Of a DNA stretch of 64,000 nucleotides, positions 1 to 7,845 are shown piece after piece. The stretch's first letter is position 1; the number at the start of each line of letters is the position of its first letter. The notes under the pieces are model-generated. The model did no database searches. It was not told the origin of the DNA and saw only the letters and a program-made list of their open reading frames with translations. Both the position numbers and the translations under genes were made by a program. Source of the DNA: a virus (Duplodnaviria; Caudoviricetes); the IMG/VR virus record IMGVR_UViG_3300048917_000233, positions 3,368 through 67,367 of that record, one strand, 5' to 3'.

Positions 1-117
1 ATGTATTTTGTTGAAAACATATCCTATCTATCAGAAGAAACTTTAAGATGCGTGTCTGAATTAATGAACAATATTAAAAGACAATACAAACAATTACAAA
101 CTATTTAAGCCATCCAT

Positions 118-378
118 ATGCAGCACGCAATAGGGAATAAGTATAAAACCTCAGACGATCTAATAAGCCTACTTAGCACTTTTCAATTAAAAGGCAAAGA
201 CTATTGTGTCTTAATCACAATAGCAGACGAAAAAGATACACATTATAAAGGGTATAATGGCAACAGATGCTCTCATCCAATCGAGGTAAACAACCCATAC
301 AGTCTATCAGAAGAAGAAATGAATGCATTAACAAACGGCATAGGATACGAGCCGTACTCCAAAATAGTCATGATTTAA
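118..378 (+). CDS. hypothetical protein
   Basis: 86-aa ORF in plus-strand small-gene block. Confidence 0.5.
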   Translation: MQHAIGNKYKTSDDLISLLSTFQLKGKDYCVLITIADEKDTHYKGYNGNRCSHPIEVNNPYSLSEEEMNALTNGIGYEPYSKIVMI

Positions 379-432
379 TCAACAAAATTAAAGACGGGGA
401 TAAAAATATTATAAAATATAAAATTAACTATT

Positions 433-651
433 ATGTCAAACTTAACCAATTTAGCATTCCCATTTATTGAGCCATCCAATAATGAAACCGGTAGCGTCTC
501 TATTGGCCTCACTAAACATGAATATGCAGCTATTTTGTTGACCGGGCATCTTGCGGCTAAATACGAATACCTTCCAACCATTCAGGAAGGAGATGACATT
601 GCAACAACTGCTCACTTTTTGGCGTCACAGGTTTTGGGTAAATTCAAATAA
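433..651 (+). CDS. hypothetical phage protein
   Basis: 72-aa ORF, A-rich start context, G(L/I)TKHEYAA segment. Confidence 0.65.
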   Translation: MSNLTNLAFPFIEPSNNETGSVSIGLTKHEYAAILLTGHLAAKYEYLPTIQEGDDIATTAHFLASQVLGKFK

Positions 652-751
652 TTTGGAGGCGCGTTTCTATTGGGTAATGGTTAACGGCCCTGAATGAGCT
701 GCCAGGTGAATGAGTGTAGCTCTATTTTTAAATTATCTAAATTTTATTAAT

Positions 752-1096
752 ATGGGTGAGATCGCGGATGGACTTATCAATGGAGACTTCGATTTTTATA
801 CGGGCGAATACCTTGGGCGTGGGTATGGCATACCAAGAACTAATAATAAATCCCTCCCATGGGAGAAAAGAAATAAAGGAAAAGGAGATAAAGATCCGAA
901 AGAACAAGCCTACAACGGAGTTAAGAAATACATTTCCATAAAATGGGATGGGCGTAAAGATATCCCGAGCATAAGAGATGTAATTAAGGAATATATGGGA
1001 GATTCTAATTTTGATCTAAAACAGAAATGCCTAGAAATTCAAAACGACTTTGGGACATTTGTTAAATTCATTAATCAGAAATTAAAAACCAAATGA
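752..1096 (+). CDS. hypothetical phage protein
   Basis: Start moved to ATG 752 (MGEIADGLINGDFDFYTGEYLG); stop overlaps next start. Confidence 0.7.
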   Translation: MGEIADGLINGDFDFYTGEYLGRGYGIPRTNNKSLPWEKRNKGKGDKDPKEQAYNGVKKYISIKWDGRKDIPSIRDVIKEYMGDSNFDLKQKCLEIQNDFGTFVKFINQKLKTK

Positions 1097-1317
1097 CCAA
1101 TATTAACTATTACACCATTCACCGTTCCGGCTGCTCTTTAAAACGCGATTCATTCATTGATCCTAATAGATTATACATTAACCACAATGCATACGAAACG
1201 CAGCCAATAATACTCTTTTGCGACTTCAAAGGCATTCAGGAGCCAATAGTTACCTGCTTTGAAGTGTTTATCGTAAACAGTGAAATAGATTATAGCGCCT
1301 ACCACTCATTAAATTAA
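1093..1317 (+). CDS. hypothetical protein
   Basis: ATGA overlap with previous gene. Confidence 0.6.
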   Translation: MTNINYYTIHRSGCSLKRDSFIDPNRLYINHNAYETQPIILFCDFKGIQEPIVTCFEVFIVNSEIDYSAYHSLN

Positions 1318-1323
1318 AAATAT

Positions 1324-1602
1324 ATGAACATTCAAAAAACAATCGAAACTCTTTTAACAAATACCTACGAAATAAAAAAGAGTTACCCAACAGTAGACAA
1401 TGTAAGGCATAATATATACGATGTGCCATATGCCGAACTAAAGATATTTGCGCAGAAAAATCACTTAACGCTGCATACTGATATTAGAGAAAAAAGAGTA
1501 CACGTTATCTACTCCCCAATAGTAGATAATAAAATGGATAGCGATATATGGCTATATTCAACTGTTGTAAACATTAAACCCGCTGAAATAACAGAGTTAT
1601 AA
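1324..1602 (+). CDS. hypothetical protein
   Basis: 92-aa ORF in operon. Confidence 0.65.
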   Translation: MNIQKTIETLLTNTYEIKKSYPTVDNVRHNIYDVPYAELKIFAQKNHLTLHTDIREKRVHVIYSPIVDNKMDSDIWLYSTVVNIKPAEITEL

Positions 1603-1625
1603 TTTAACCTCAAATAAACAAACAA

Positions 1626-1997
1626 ATGAAAACTAAATTATTAATTCTATCACTCCTTATTATCTCTCTTATTTGCGCCTTTGCTTTTAAGGGGCATTCC
1701 CAAACGTATGTATACGGCTCAAAGGAAGGGAATGTATCTAAAGTAATCCCCGCAGACTCCACTGGGAAGCAGCTCATAGCAGATGAAACCTGGATAACCC
1801 AATTAAAGACGGGGGCGAAAATCACCAGCTACTCAGAAAAGGCTTTTACAGACATTTCTATGAAGTTTGGCAATCAGTTCAAGAGAGTATCAATCGTGCA
1901 TAAAACCGACCGCCACGGGCCTTATAAGGAATATCAAATCTATTTATCACAAGAAGTTGCTGAAAATATTCGTAATTGGGCAAAAACAAATCTATGA
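1626..1997 (+). CDS. secreted protein with Sec signal peptide
   Basis: MKTKLLILSLLIISLICAFAFKGHS|Q, cleavage before Gln as is typical of Bacteroidota. Confidence 0.7.
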   Translation: MKTKLLILSLLIISLICAFAFKGHSQTYVYGSKEGNVSKVIPADSTGKQLIADETWITQLKTGAKITSYSEKAFTDISMKFGNQFKRVSIVHKTDRHGPYKEYQIYLSQEVAENIRNWAKTNL

Positions 1998-2127
1998 GTA
2001 AGTTCGACTGGGTTATATGCACAATAATCATACTAGGGGGATGGTTTGCCTTATTCTCTGGTTTGTATGAAATATGCGTTAATATGTTCTTGTGCCTTTA
2101 CATAATCATCACAATAAAATCAAAATA

Positions 2128-2508
2128 ATGGACGAACTTAAAATCATCAAAAAATTCGCTATCTGGGTTTCGATTCTTATGCTCATAATTTCCTCAATTG
2201 TCTGGTTTGCTAATAAATCAACCAGAGTTATAGATACTGCAATTATTCATTATGAGGAATTTCAAGAAATATACAATACCTGCCAAAAATTAAATACTGA
2301 TTTGGCTATCATTCAAGAAACTCCAGAAACTGATAAACAGTTTGAGCAATTTACTAAATCACAACGTATTAATTCCATAAAACAAAACCTAAACAGATGG
2401 GTAGAAGATTATAATGCAAAATCTAAAATGTGGAATCGTGCATTATGGAAATCAAGCTCATTGCCATATCAATTGGATGTAAATCAATTTTCAAACTATA
2501 AAAATTAA
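2128..2508 (+). CDS. membrane-anchored coiled-coil protein
   Basis: N-terminal TM helix, helical body, YNAKSKMWNR segment; start moved to ATG 2128. Confidence 0.75.
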   Translation: MDELKIIKKFAIWVSILMLIISSIVWFANKSTRVIDTAIIHYEEFQEIYNTCQKLNTDLAIIQETPETDKQFEQFTKSQRINSIKQNLNRWVEDYNAKSKMWNRALWKSSSLPYQLDVNQFSNYKN

Positions 2509-3078
2509 ATGATGTACAAGTTATTTGTTGGTATTATTTTCTTTTTTCTTATCAGTTGCGAACAACCGTCTACTAATACTACCGCCTTGGACGAGCAACA
2601 GCATACCGAGCAGAATCAACGCGGCCTATTAGCCACACAGCCGCCACCGACTATTACATGGTCACTGGAACGAGATAATTTAATTAAACGCTTCAAGCTA
2701 CAAAATGATCGTTCTGTTATGTTTTATATGTATGTGTTCGTTGAAGGAGTTGCCGATCCAATTGGCTATTACCAGGTGAATAAAGTCAGTTCTGTAAATA
2801 GTCAACTTACTTGTACTCAACAATTAGTTCAAGGAGATTACGGGGAAAGACGCGGAGATTTTGTAATGGAATCCCCCGCCGAAGACGGCAGTTACGGAAC
2901 TAATGGGAACGGGGTTTTTGGTTTCACTCCTGAAGAAATATACATTGAGCATAATATGAAATATATTGTATCGACGGTGCCCCTCTCTTTTACTAAGCCT
3001 GTAAATCGCCTTACTGTTATTAATCTGGAAACCCAAAAGCAACTTAAAACTTTAATGGACAAAATAAATACAAAGTAA
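2509..3078 (+). CDS. lipoprotein
   Basis: Lipobox FLISC; directly abuts upstream gene. Confidence 0.75.
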   Translation: MMYKLFVGIIFFFLISCEQPSTNTTALDEQQHTEQNQRGLLATQPPPTITWSLERDNLIKRFKLQNDRSVMFYMYVFVEGVADPIGYYQVNKVSSVNSQLTCTQQLVQGDYGERRGDFVMESPAEDGSYGTNGNGVFGFTPEEIYIEHNMKYIVSTVPLSFTKPVNRLTVINLETQKQLKTLMDKINTK

Positions 3079-3079
3079 T

Positions 3080-3325
3080 ATGACTTCACACCACTACCGT
3101 AGACAGTCAATTCATGCTGTTTTATTATGCCTCATTGTTATTATTGCCTTGTTAGCTTCTAGTTGCAGCCCCAAATACACCGGGTGCCCGTCGCATAAAG
3201 GCATGAGCGGCTATGGTTGGCTAAAATGCAGAGAAACCAAAAAAGTATTTATACTGGATAGTAATTGCGGTATAATATGCACTTTTACAGATCCAAAAGA
3301 TATGTTTCACTTAAAATACGAATAG
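3080..3325 (+). CDS. small putative lipoprotein
   Basis: Hydrophobic stretch followed by LASSC lipobox. Confidence 0.55.
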   Translation: MTSHHYRRQSIHAVLLCLIVIIALLASSCSPKYTGCPSHKGMSGYGWLKCRETKKVFILDSNCGIICTFTDPKDMFHLKYE

Positions 3326-3358
3326 CTTTCTCTAGTGTCTCATCATATACAGTTAGTT

Positions 3359-3390
3359 CCCCCTCCTAGTCCTGGGAGGGGGCATTTTTA
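3359..3390 (+). terminator. Rho-independent terminator
   Basis: CCCCCTCC/GGAGGGGG stem followed by CATTTTTA. Confidence 0.75.
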
Positions 3391-3410
3391 AACCTTACAA
3401 ACTTTATTCC

Positions 3411-3917
3411 ATGACTACCTCAGAATATATTAACCTATTCCATCAACAATATGAATACCTTTTAAATTTTTGTCAAACATGCGGTGTATCAAAGGAAGAA
3501 GCAGAAGATATAGCTCTGCATTCTTTTTATATTTTTTGGATTGGCAAGGAAAATATTCATATGCGAACCGCAAATACTTATCTATTTACGTTAGCTAAAA
3601 ATAAATGCATTGATATTATACGCAGGGGATACATAAAAAAAAGAATTTACAACCAACTGTCATACGCGGATAATTACATAGACCCAACCCCTTCTATTGA
3701 TTTAAAACACATTACCGCGCAATTACATGACATAATAGAATCATTGCCTCCAAAGCAGAAAGAGTACATTACACTTAGATACTTAGACGATATTTCAATT
3801 GAAAAAATAATTAGAGAAAGAAAAGACATAAATAGAAACACCTTAAGAAACACACTGAAGCAGGCGAGCGATAAAATCAGAAAAGAATTTAAAAACAGAG
3901 GCATTACTATAGGCTGA
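3411..3917 (+). CDS. ECF-type sigma-70 factor
   Basis: Region 2 (EEAEDIALHSF...YLFTLAKNKCIDIIR) and region 4 (IESLPPKQKEYITLRY...LKQASDKIRK). Confidence 0.85.
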   Translation: MTTSEYINLFHQQYEYLLNFCQTCGVSKEEAEDIALHSFYIFWIGKENIHMRTANTYLFTLAKNKCIDIIRRGYIKKRIYNQLSYADNYIDPTPSIDLKHITAQLHDIIESLPPKQKEYITLRYLDDISIEKIIRERKDINRNTLRNTLKQASDKIRKEFKNRGITIG

Positions 3918-3930
3918 TAGTAAAGTAATT

Positions 3931-4299
3931 TCATTGCGAGTCTATATAAAATATTATGATCTGGCTCTTTTTATTTACGGTTGGATAGTTTAAAAACCCT
4001 TCATTTTCTATTAATGCAAACTGTTTGCCGCCGTTTAACCAATAATTCCAATAAGGAGAATTGTATTTCTGCTTTACGCTATCCACCTTAAATGTGCCAT
4101 ATCCATCTACCACAACTGATTTGCTTGTTAGTTTTATTTCAAATGGCACTCCGTACTTAATTGTATCTATCCTCCACGAAAATGTAGTCGTGTCACTTCG
4201 CCAGCCTATTGTATGGACTTCTTTAACATGATAGGCTAGATTTATATTCGGCTGCGAATACCCAAAAACAGGGGCTAATAGGAGCAATAATAACCGCAT
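3931..4299 (-). CDS. secreted protein with Sec signal peptide
   Basis: MRLLLLLLAPVFGYS|Q; DTT, DTI and DSV sequons. Confidence 0.7.
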   Translation of the reverse strand: MRLLLLLLAPVFGYSQPNINLAYHVKEVHTIGWRSDTTTFSWRIDTIKYGVPFEIKLTSKSVVVDGYGTFKVDSVKQKYNSPYWNYWLNGGKQFALIENEGFLNYPTVNKKSQIIIFYIDSQ

Positions 4300-4321
4300 T
4301 GATTATTTTATTTAGGGGTTA

Positions 4322-4352
4322 ACAAAAGCGGCCCAATAAGACTAAAGGGCCG
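4322..4352 (-). terminator. Rho-independent terminator after endolysin
   Basis: CGGCCC/GGGCCG stem followed by CTTTTGTT on minus strand. Confidence 0.6.
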
Positions 4353-4389
4353 AGTAGTAAAACAGAATATCCATTAAAATTGCAGTGAA

Positions 4390-4995
4390 CTAAATTATAA
4401 TTGTTTTTGCTCTTTCATAGAACATTTTACGTTGATCGAGTCCATTTACGCCACCATTAACTTTTCTGCTTATATACTCAATGGGATGGATATTTATTAT
4501 TTCATATTTACCATCATCAGTTTTTCTTTTGTAAGGTAATAAGGTCGAATCATCCATATTAGATATTGTCAACAATCCTCTTTCTGTCCAAAATATACAG
4601 GCAGACCAAACTCCCCATTCAGGAGTCGCTAATAACTCTGGATTATATATGAATTTCATCGGCGCTCCGGCTTTCACCCCCATCAAACTATAATTGCGCC
4701 TGCCAGTCACTTGAATTGGCCCCCGTCCCTTAAACTTGATACCATCCCCCTTCGTATTATTACCAAGATCCAGCCGTCCTTCGTATTGTTGGCCCGTACT
4801 ATATTCCTCCATTGCATTAAATGAATCACTTTCATGCGCCAATTGAGCTAAAATATGACACAATTCCCCCTTGGTCTCTATGTCGTATTCTGGGAACCAA
4901 TGATTCATCCAAAGTGATAAACCGGCCAGATTTTTATAATTACTTCTCTTGCTGCCAGGAGCTAGTTTTTTTAAAAAATCTACCGTTATTTCCAT
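4390..4995 (-). CDS. endolysin, glycoside hydrolase family 19
   Basis: HILAQLAHES, EE, GDGIKFKGRGPIQVTGRRNY, SRKVNGGVNGLDQR motifs. Confidence 0.92.
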   Translation of the reverse strand: MEITVDFLKKLAPGSKRSNYKNLAGLSLWMNHWFPEYDIETKGELCHILAQLAHESDSFNAMEEYSTGQQYEGRLDLGNNTKGDGIKFKGRGPIQVTGRRNYSLMGVKAGAPMKFIYNPELLATPEWGVWSACIFWTERGLLTISNMDDSTLLPYKRKTDDGKYEIINIHPIEYISRKVNGGVNGLDQRKMFYERAKTIII

Positions 4996-5336
4996 TTTAG
5001 CCTAAAAATTATATTATAAAATAATGGGAATGAAGCATTCCACGTACACCCTAATCCAATAAAATGCTCATACCACGGCAATGCAGGTTTAGGAGCAAAC
5101 CATGCAATTATCACATCTGCAATTATACATCCCCACATTAAAGACTTACAAATATGCCAGCTATCAGGGCGATAACCAAGTATTAGCTTTACATAATTAC
5201 AAGATATGTCCTTGCACCACCATTGTTTATTGAGCTTTTTAAAAATACTCTTATCGAAGTTCGGGCTATTCTCAAATGTATCTTCACATGCGCTAAAGAA
5301 GCCGCCCATAAACATCAAGGCATATATCCAGATCAT
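4986..5336 (-). CDS. membrane protein (lysis region)
   Basis: Three hydrophobic segments; overlaps neighbouring genes. Confidence 0.65.
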   Translation of the reverse strand: MIWIYALMFMGGFFSACEDTFENSPNFDKSIFKKLNKQWWCKDISCNYVKLILGYRPDSWHICKSLMWGCIIADVIIAWFAPKPALPWYEHFIGLGCTWNASFPLFYNIIFRLKWK

Positions 5337-5671
5337 GGCTTTGCTGCATTTTGTTCGCTATCTATTATTACTTGCGCATCTTCTTTTTCCGTAGCATGAT
5401 GAATACCTATAACAATAGACAATACAATACACAGATATACCACACCTTTTCTTACATCATCATACGCAGGATCTTTCCATTTCGCAAGAGAAATAATCCA
5501 GCCGAAACTAACAAGCCCGTGACCAATCCAGATTGCAACTCTGGCGATGAGTGCCATTTGATTTACCGATGAATAAAAGAAATCAATAATCAACAGGAAG
5601 ATAGTAAATATCGCCCCTACTATTACCCATATTTCTAATTCATCATCTTTTCTTTTGTTTTGCGTTGTCAT
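5333..5671 (-). CDS. membrane protein, holin-like
   Basis: Three TM helices, charged termini, adjacent to endolysin. Confidence 0.55.
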   Translation of the reverse strand: MTTQNKRKDDELEIWVIVGAIFTIFLLIIDFFYSSVNQMALIARVAIWIGHGLVSFGWIISLAKWKDPAYDDVRKGVVYLCIVLSIVIGIHHATEKEDAQVIIDSEQNAAKP

Positions 5672-5675
5672 TATT

Positions 5676-6443
5676 TTAAAATTTTATTGAAAGAGGAAAT
5701 TTAATACTTGCTTCTACCATGTGCCCCTGATTACCATATAGCCAATTGGCCTCATACATTATGTTATATTTTGTTTGATACATAAATCCCCCACCTGCCA
5801 TCTTAGGCCAAGGGCCAAACAAAACATCCCATGACAAATAAAGTCTACCATGAGGTTTTAATTTATCTGAGGCATCCTTGGCTTCTTTAGCCAATGCATT
5901 TATTTTGTTGTAAAACCCAAGTTTCTCGGCATCCAGCTCCTTGAATCTTTTTAAGTAAATCTTATTTTGATTATCCCAATTATTCTGAAGGCTATTTAAA
6001 TCATTCTTGTATCTGAGTGATAAACTCGTGGTGGTTTCTAATTTAGAAAAGCAATCTTCACATTCAACAATGTAACCATGTGGCACAACCGTTGCCGAAG
6101 TATCTGCATACTGAGCTAATCTATGCTCATCAATCAGCTTTTTGTTTTCAACCAATGCTTTATCAAGTTCAAATTCAGTTTGCTCTTTTTGATTTTTTAT
6201 TAAAGCGAGTTGACCTCTTTCAAGCTCCAATGTATCTTGGAAATCTTTAGCAGCACTATCAGATGCGGCTTTATAATCTTTCAAAGCAGCCAATGCGCTG
6301 TCTGCAATATGCTGCGTCTTTTCTCTGGCCGCTACTTCTAATTTGCTTTGGTGGCACCCTTTAAATAAAAGAAACACAAGTAATAATATTCCTAGAATTA
6401 TTCCTGCAAGTAAAAGCGGGTGTATTTTAAGACTTACATTCAT
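5676..6443 (-). CDS. membrane-anchored coiled-coil protein, spanin-like
   Basis: N-terminal TM or possible lipobox (LFKGC), long coiled coil, beta-rich C-terminus; lysis-region context. Confidence 0.5.
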   Translation of the reverse strand: MNVSLKIHPLLLAGIILGILLLVFLLFKGCHQSKLEVAAREKTQHIADSALAALKDYKAASDSAAKDFQDTLELERGQLALIKNQKEQTEFELDKALVENKKLIDEHRLAQYADTSATVVPHGYIVECEDCFSKLETTTSLSLRYKNDLNSLQNNWDNQNKIYLKRFKELDAEKLGFYNKINALAKEAKDASDKLKPHGRLYLSWDVLFGPWPKMAGGGFMYQTKYNIMYEANWLYGNQGHMVEASIKFPLSIKF

Positions 6444-6464
6444 TTTATTGATTTAAACAGAAAG

Positions 6465-6575
6465 GCCGCTATCTCTAAAGTGGCTCATCAGACTACCTTT
6501 TTAAGGTAAACCTGCACTTTAAAAATAGCGGCGCTTCAAATTAATAAGTTTTGTCCGATGAGCAATTCAAAGATA
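6465..6575 (-). promoter_or_regulatory. -7 promoter plus structured 5' leader
   Basis: TATCTTTG at 6575-6568; outer stem 6465-6482/6515-6532; alternative 11-bp pairing 6483-6493/6553-6563. Confidence 0.6.
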
Positions 6576-6583
6576 TACAATAT

Positions 6584-6817
6584 TTATAACGGATCACCAA
6601 TATCTAGCCATCTTTTTTTCTCTCTAATGTCTAATTCCCTCATCCGACGTTCTTGATTTTGCTTAATAACGTAAAATACAAGCCGAGCAATGCCATACAA
6701 GACTGCCACAATAAAAAGTATATACCCCTTAACATTATCAACATTAAGAAGCATGACTAAACTATATCCAGTAGGTGGCAGGACAGTAAAAAGCCAAAGC
6801 AAAAATTTTGACTCCAT
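6584..6817 (-). CDS. holin-like small membrane protein
   Basis: Start at TAATG overlap (6817); two TM helices and charged C-terminal tail. Confidence 0.55.
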   Translation of the reverse strand: MESKFLLWLFTVLPPTGYSLVMLLNVDNVKGYILFIVAVLYGIARLVFYVIKQNQERRMRELDIREKKRWLDIGDPL

Positions 6818-7143
6818 TAATTTCGGAGGGTTTTTATAAGTTGTAGAATGGTAATGCTTAGAACCATCCAAAACATATAATCCACTACCATCAGCCTGTT
6901 CGCGTCCTGGCCTGAAGCCTGAGCTATTACTTCCCATGTGAATCTAATTAAAGAGAAAAAAAGAATTGGAAATATTTGTTTACGGTATTTAGGCTCTAAG
7001 GTGTAAATGGATAATATGAATAGGGGGTCTTTCCCCATTGCCCATATCCAATACATTTTTTTGTATATCGGTACGGTGAAATCTGCTAGTGCTAAGAAAT
7101 ATAATAGGCCGCCCATATACCATACAAAGCAGCCTATTATTAT
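6817..7143 (-). CDS. multi-pass membrane protein (start uncertain: 7143 ATA or 7116 ATG)
   Basis: About four hydrophobic helices; coupled to next gene by TAATG. Confidence 0.55.
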   Translation of the reverse strand: MIIGCFVWYMGGLLYFLALADFTVPIYKKMYWIWAMGKDPLFILSIYTLEPKYRKQIFPILFFSLIRFTWEVIAQASGQDANRLMVVDYMFWMVLSITILQLIKTLRN

Positions 7144-7144
7144 A

Positions 7145-7387
7145 TTACGGATTCCCTGTTGGATCTGAAGGGTGATTGCCGCCTGGGCCACCCTCATCAT
7201 CCGTACTAGCCACTTGTGTAGTTTCTGGCACAGATGAAACCACTTCAGGTACTTCATATTCATTTATTCGTTTTAAAAGACCACTCAGAAATTCATACAA
7301 CTCTTTATCTGCGGGTCTTGCATGAACTTCGTTATATGATCTCCATCTTTCTAATTGGTTTCGTAATTCTGATAGTTCTTGTGACAT
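7145..7387 (-). CDS. small protein with acidic Gly/Pro-rich tail
   Basis: Helical N-half, C-terminus DDEGGPGGNHPSDPTGNP. Confidence 0.65.
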   Translation of the reverse strand: MSQELSELRNQLERWRSYNEVHARPADKELYEFLSGLLKRINEYEVPEVVSSVPETTQVASTDDEGGPGGNHPSDPTGNP

Positions 7388-7390
7388 TTA

Positions 7391-7822
7391 TTATTGTTTT
7401 TTAGTGACAACTAGATCATCTTCTGCAACTTTATTAGCAAATTTAGCGGCGAATTTATCAGAAGTCAATACTCCTATATTCTTTAGGAACATAAATGCCC
7501 TATCGAATAATATCCCCTCCCCGATGACTATAGCAATCATCCATTTCATTTCAATATACTCATACTCCATTCTTATCAATAGCGGAATAGCCAATAAATT
7601 TGCCAATAATCTAAACAAATTCGAAGCAAGTAAAAACTTTGTACTCCATTTTTTTGGAGTATTATCACTGGATATATCTCTATTGCTTGCTTCAGCGAAT
7701 AGCGAAGCTGTTGCTGCAAAATAAGCTATAACCAAATACGCTAGAAATGCTCCTAGTGACCCATTACCAAGTATTACATTCCAGAAATCAGGATATTTAT
7801 TCATTATATATAGTTTACCCAT
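7391..7822 (-). CDS. membrane protein, holin-like
   Basis: Three TM segments; start moved to remove overlap with fibre gene. Confidence 0.55.
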   Translation of the reverse strand: MGKLYIMNKYPDFWNVILGNGSLGAFLAYLVIAYFAATASLFAEASNRDISSDNTPKKWSTKFLLASNLFRLLANLLAIPLLIRMEYEYIEMKWMIAIVIGEGILFDRAFMFLKNIGVLTSDKFAAKFANKVAEDDLVVTKKQ

Positions 7823-7845
7823 AAATATTACTTTAGCACAAATAT

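Noticed and set aside
6483-6493. CUGAUGAG on the minus strand suggesting a hammerhead ribozyme
   Set aside because: No downstream GAAA core or compatible stems; better explained by leader pairing
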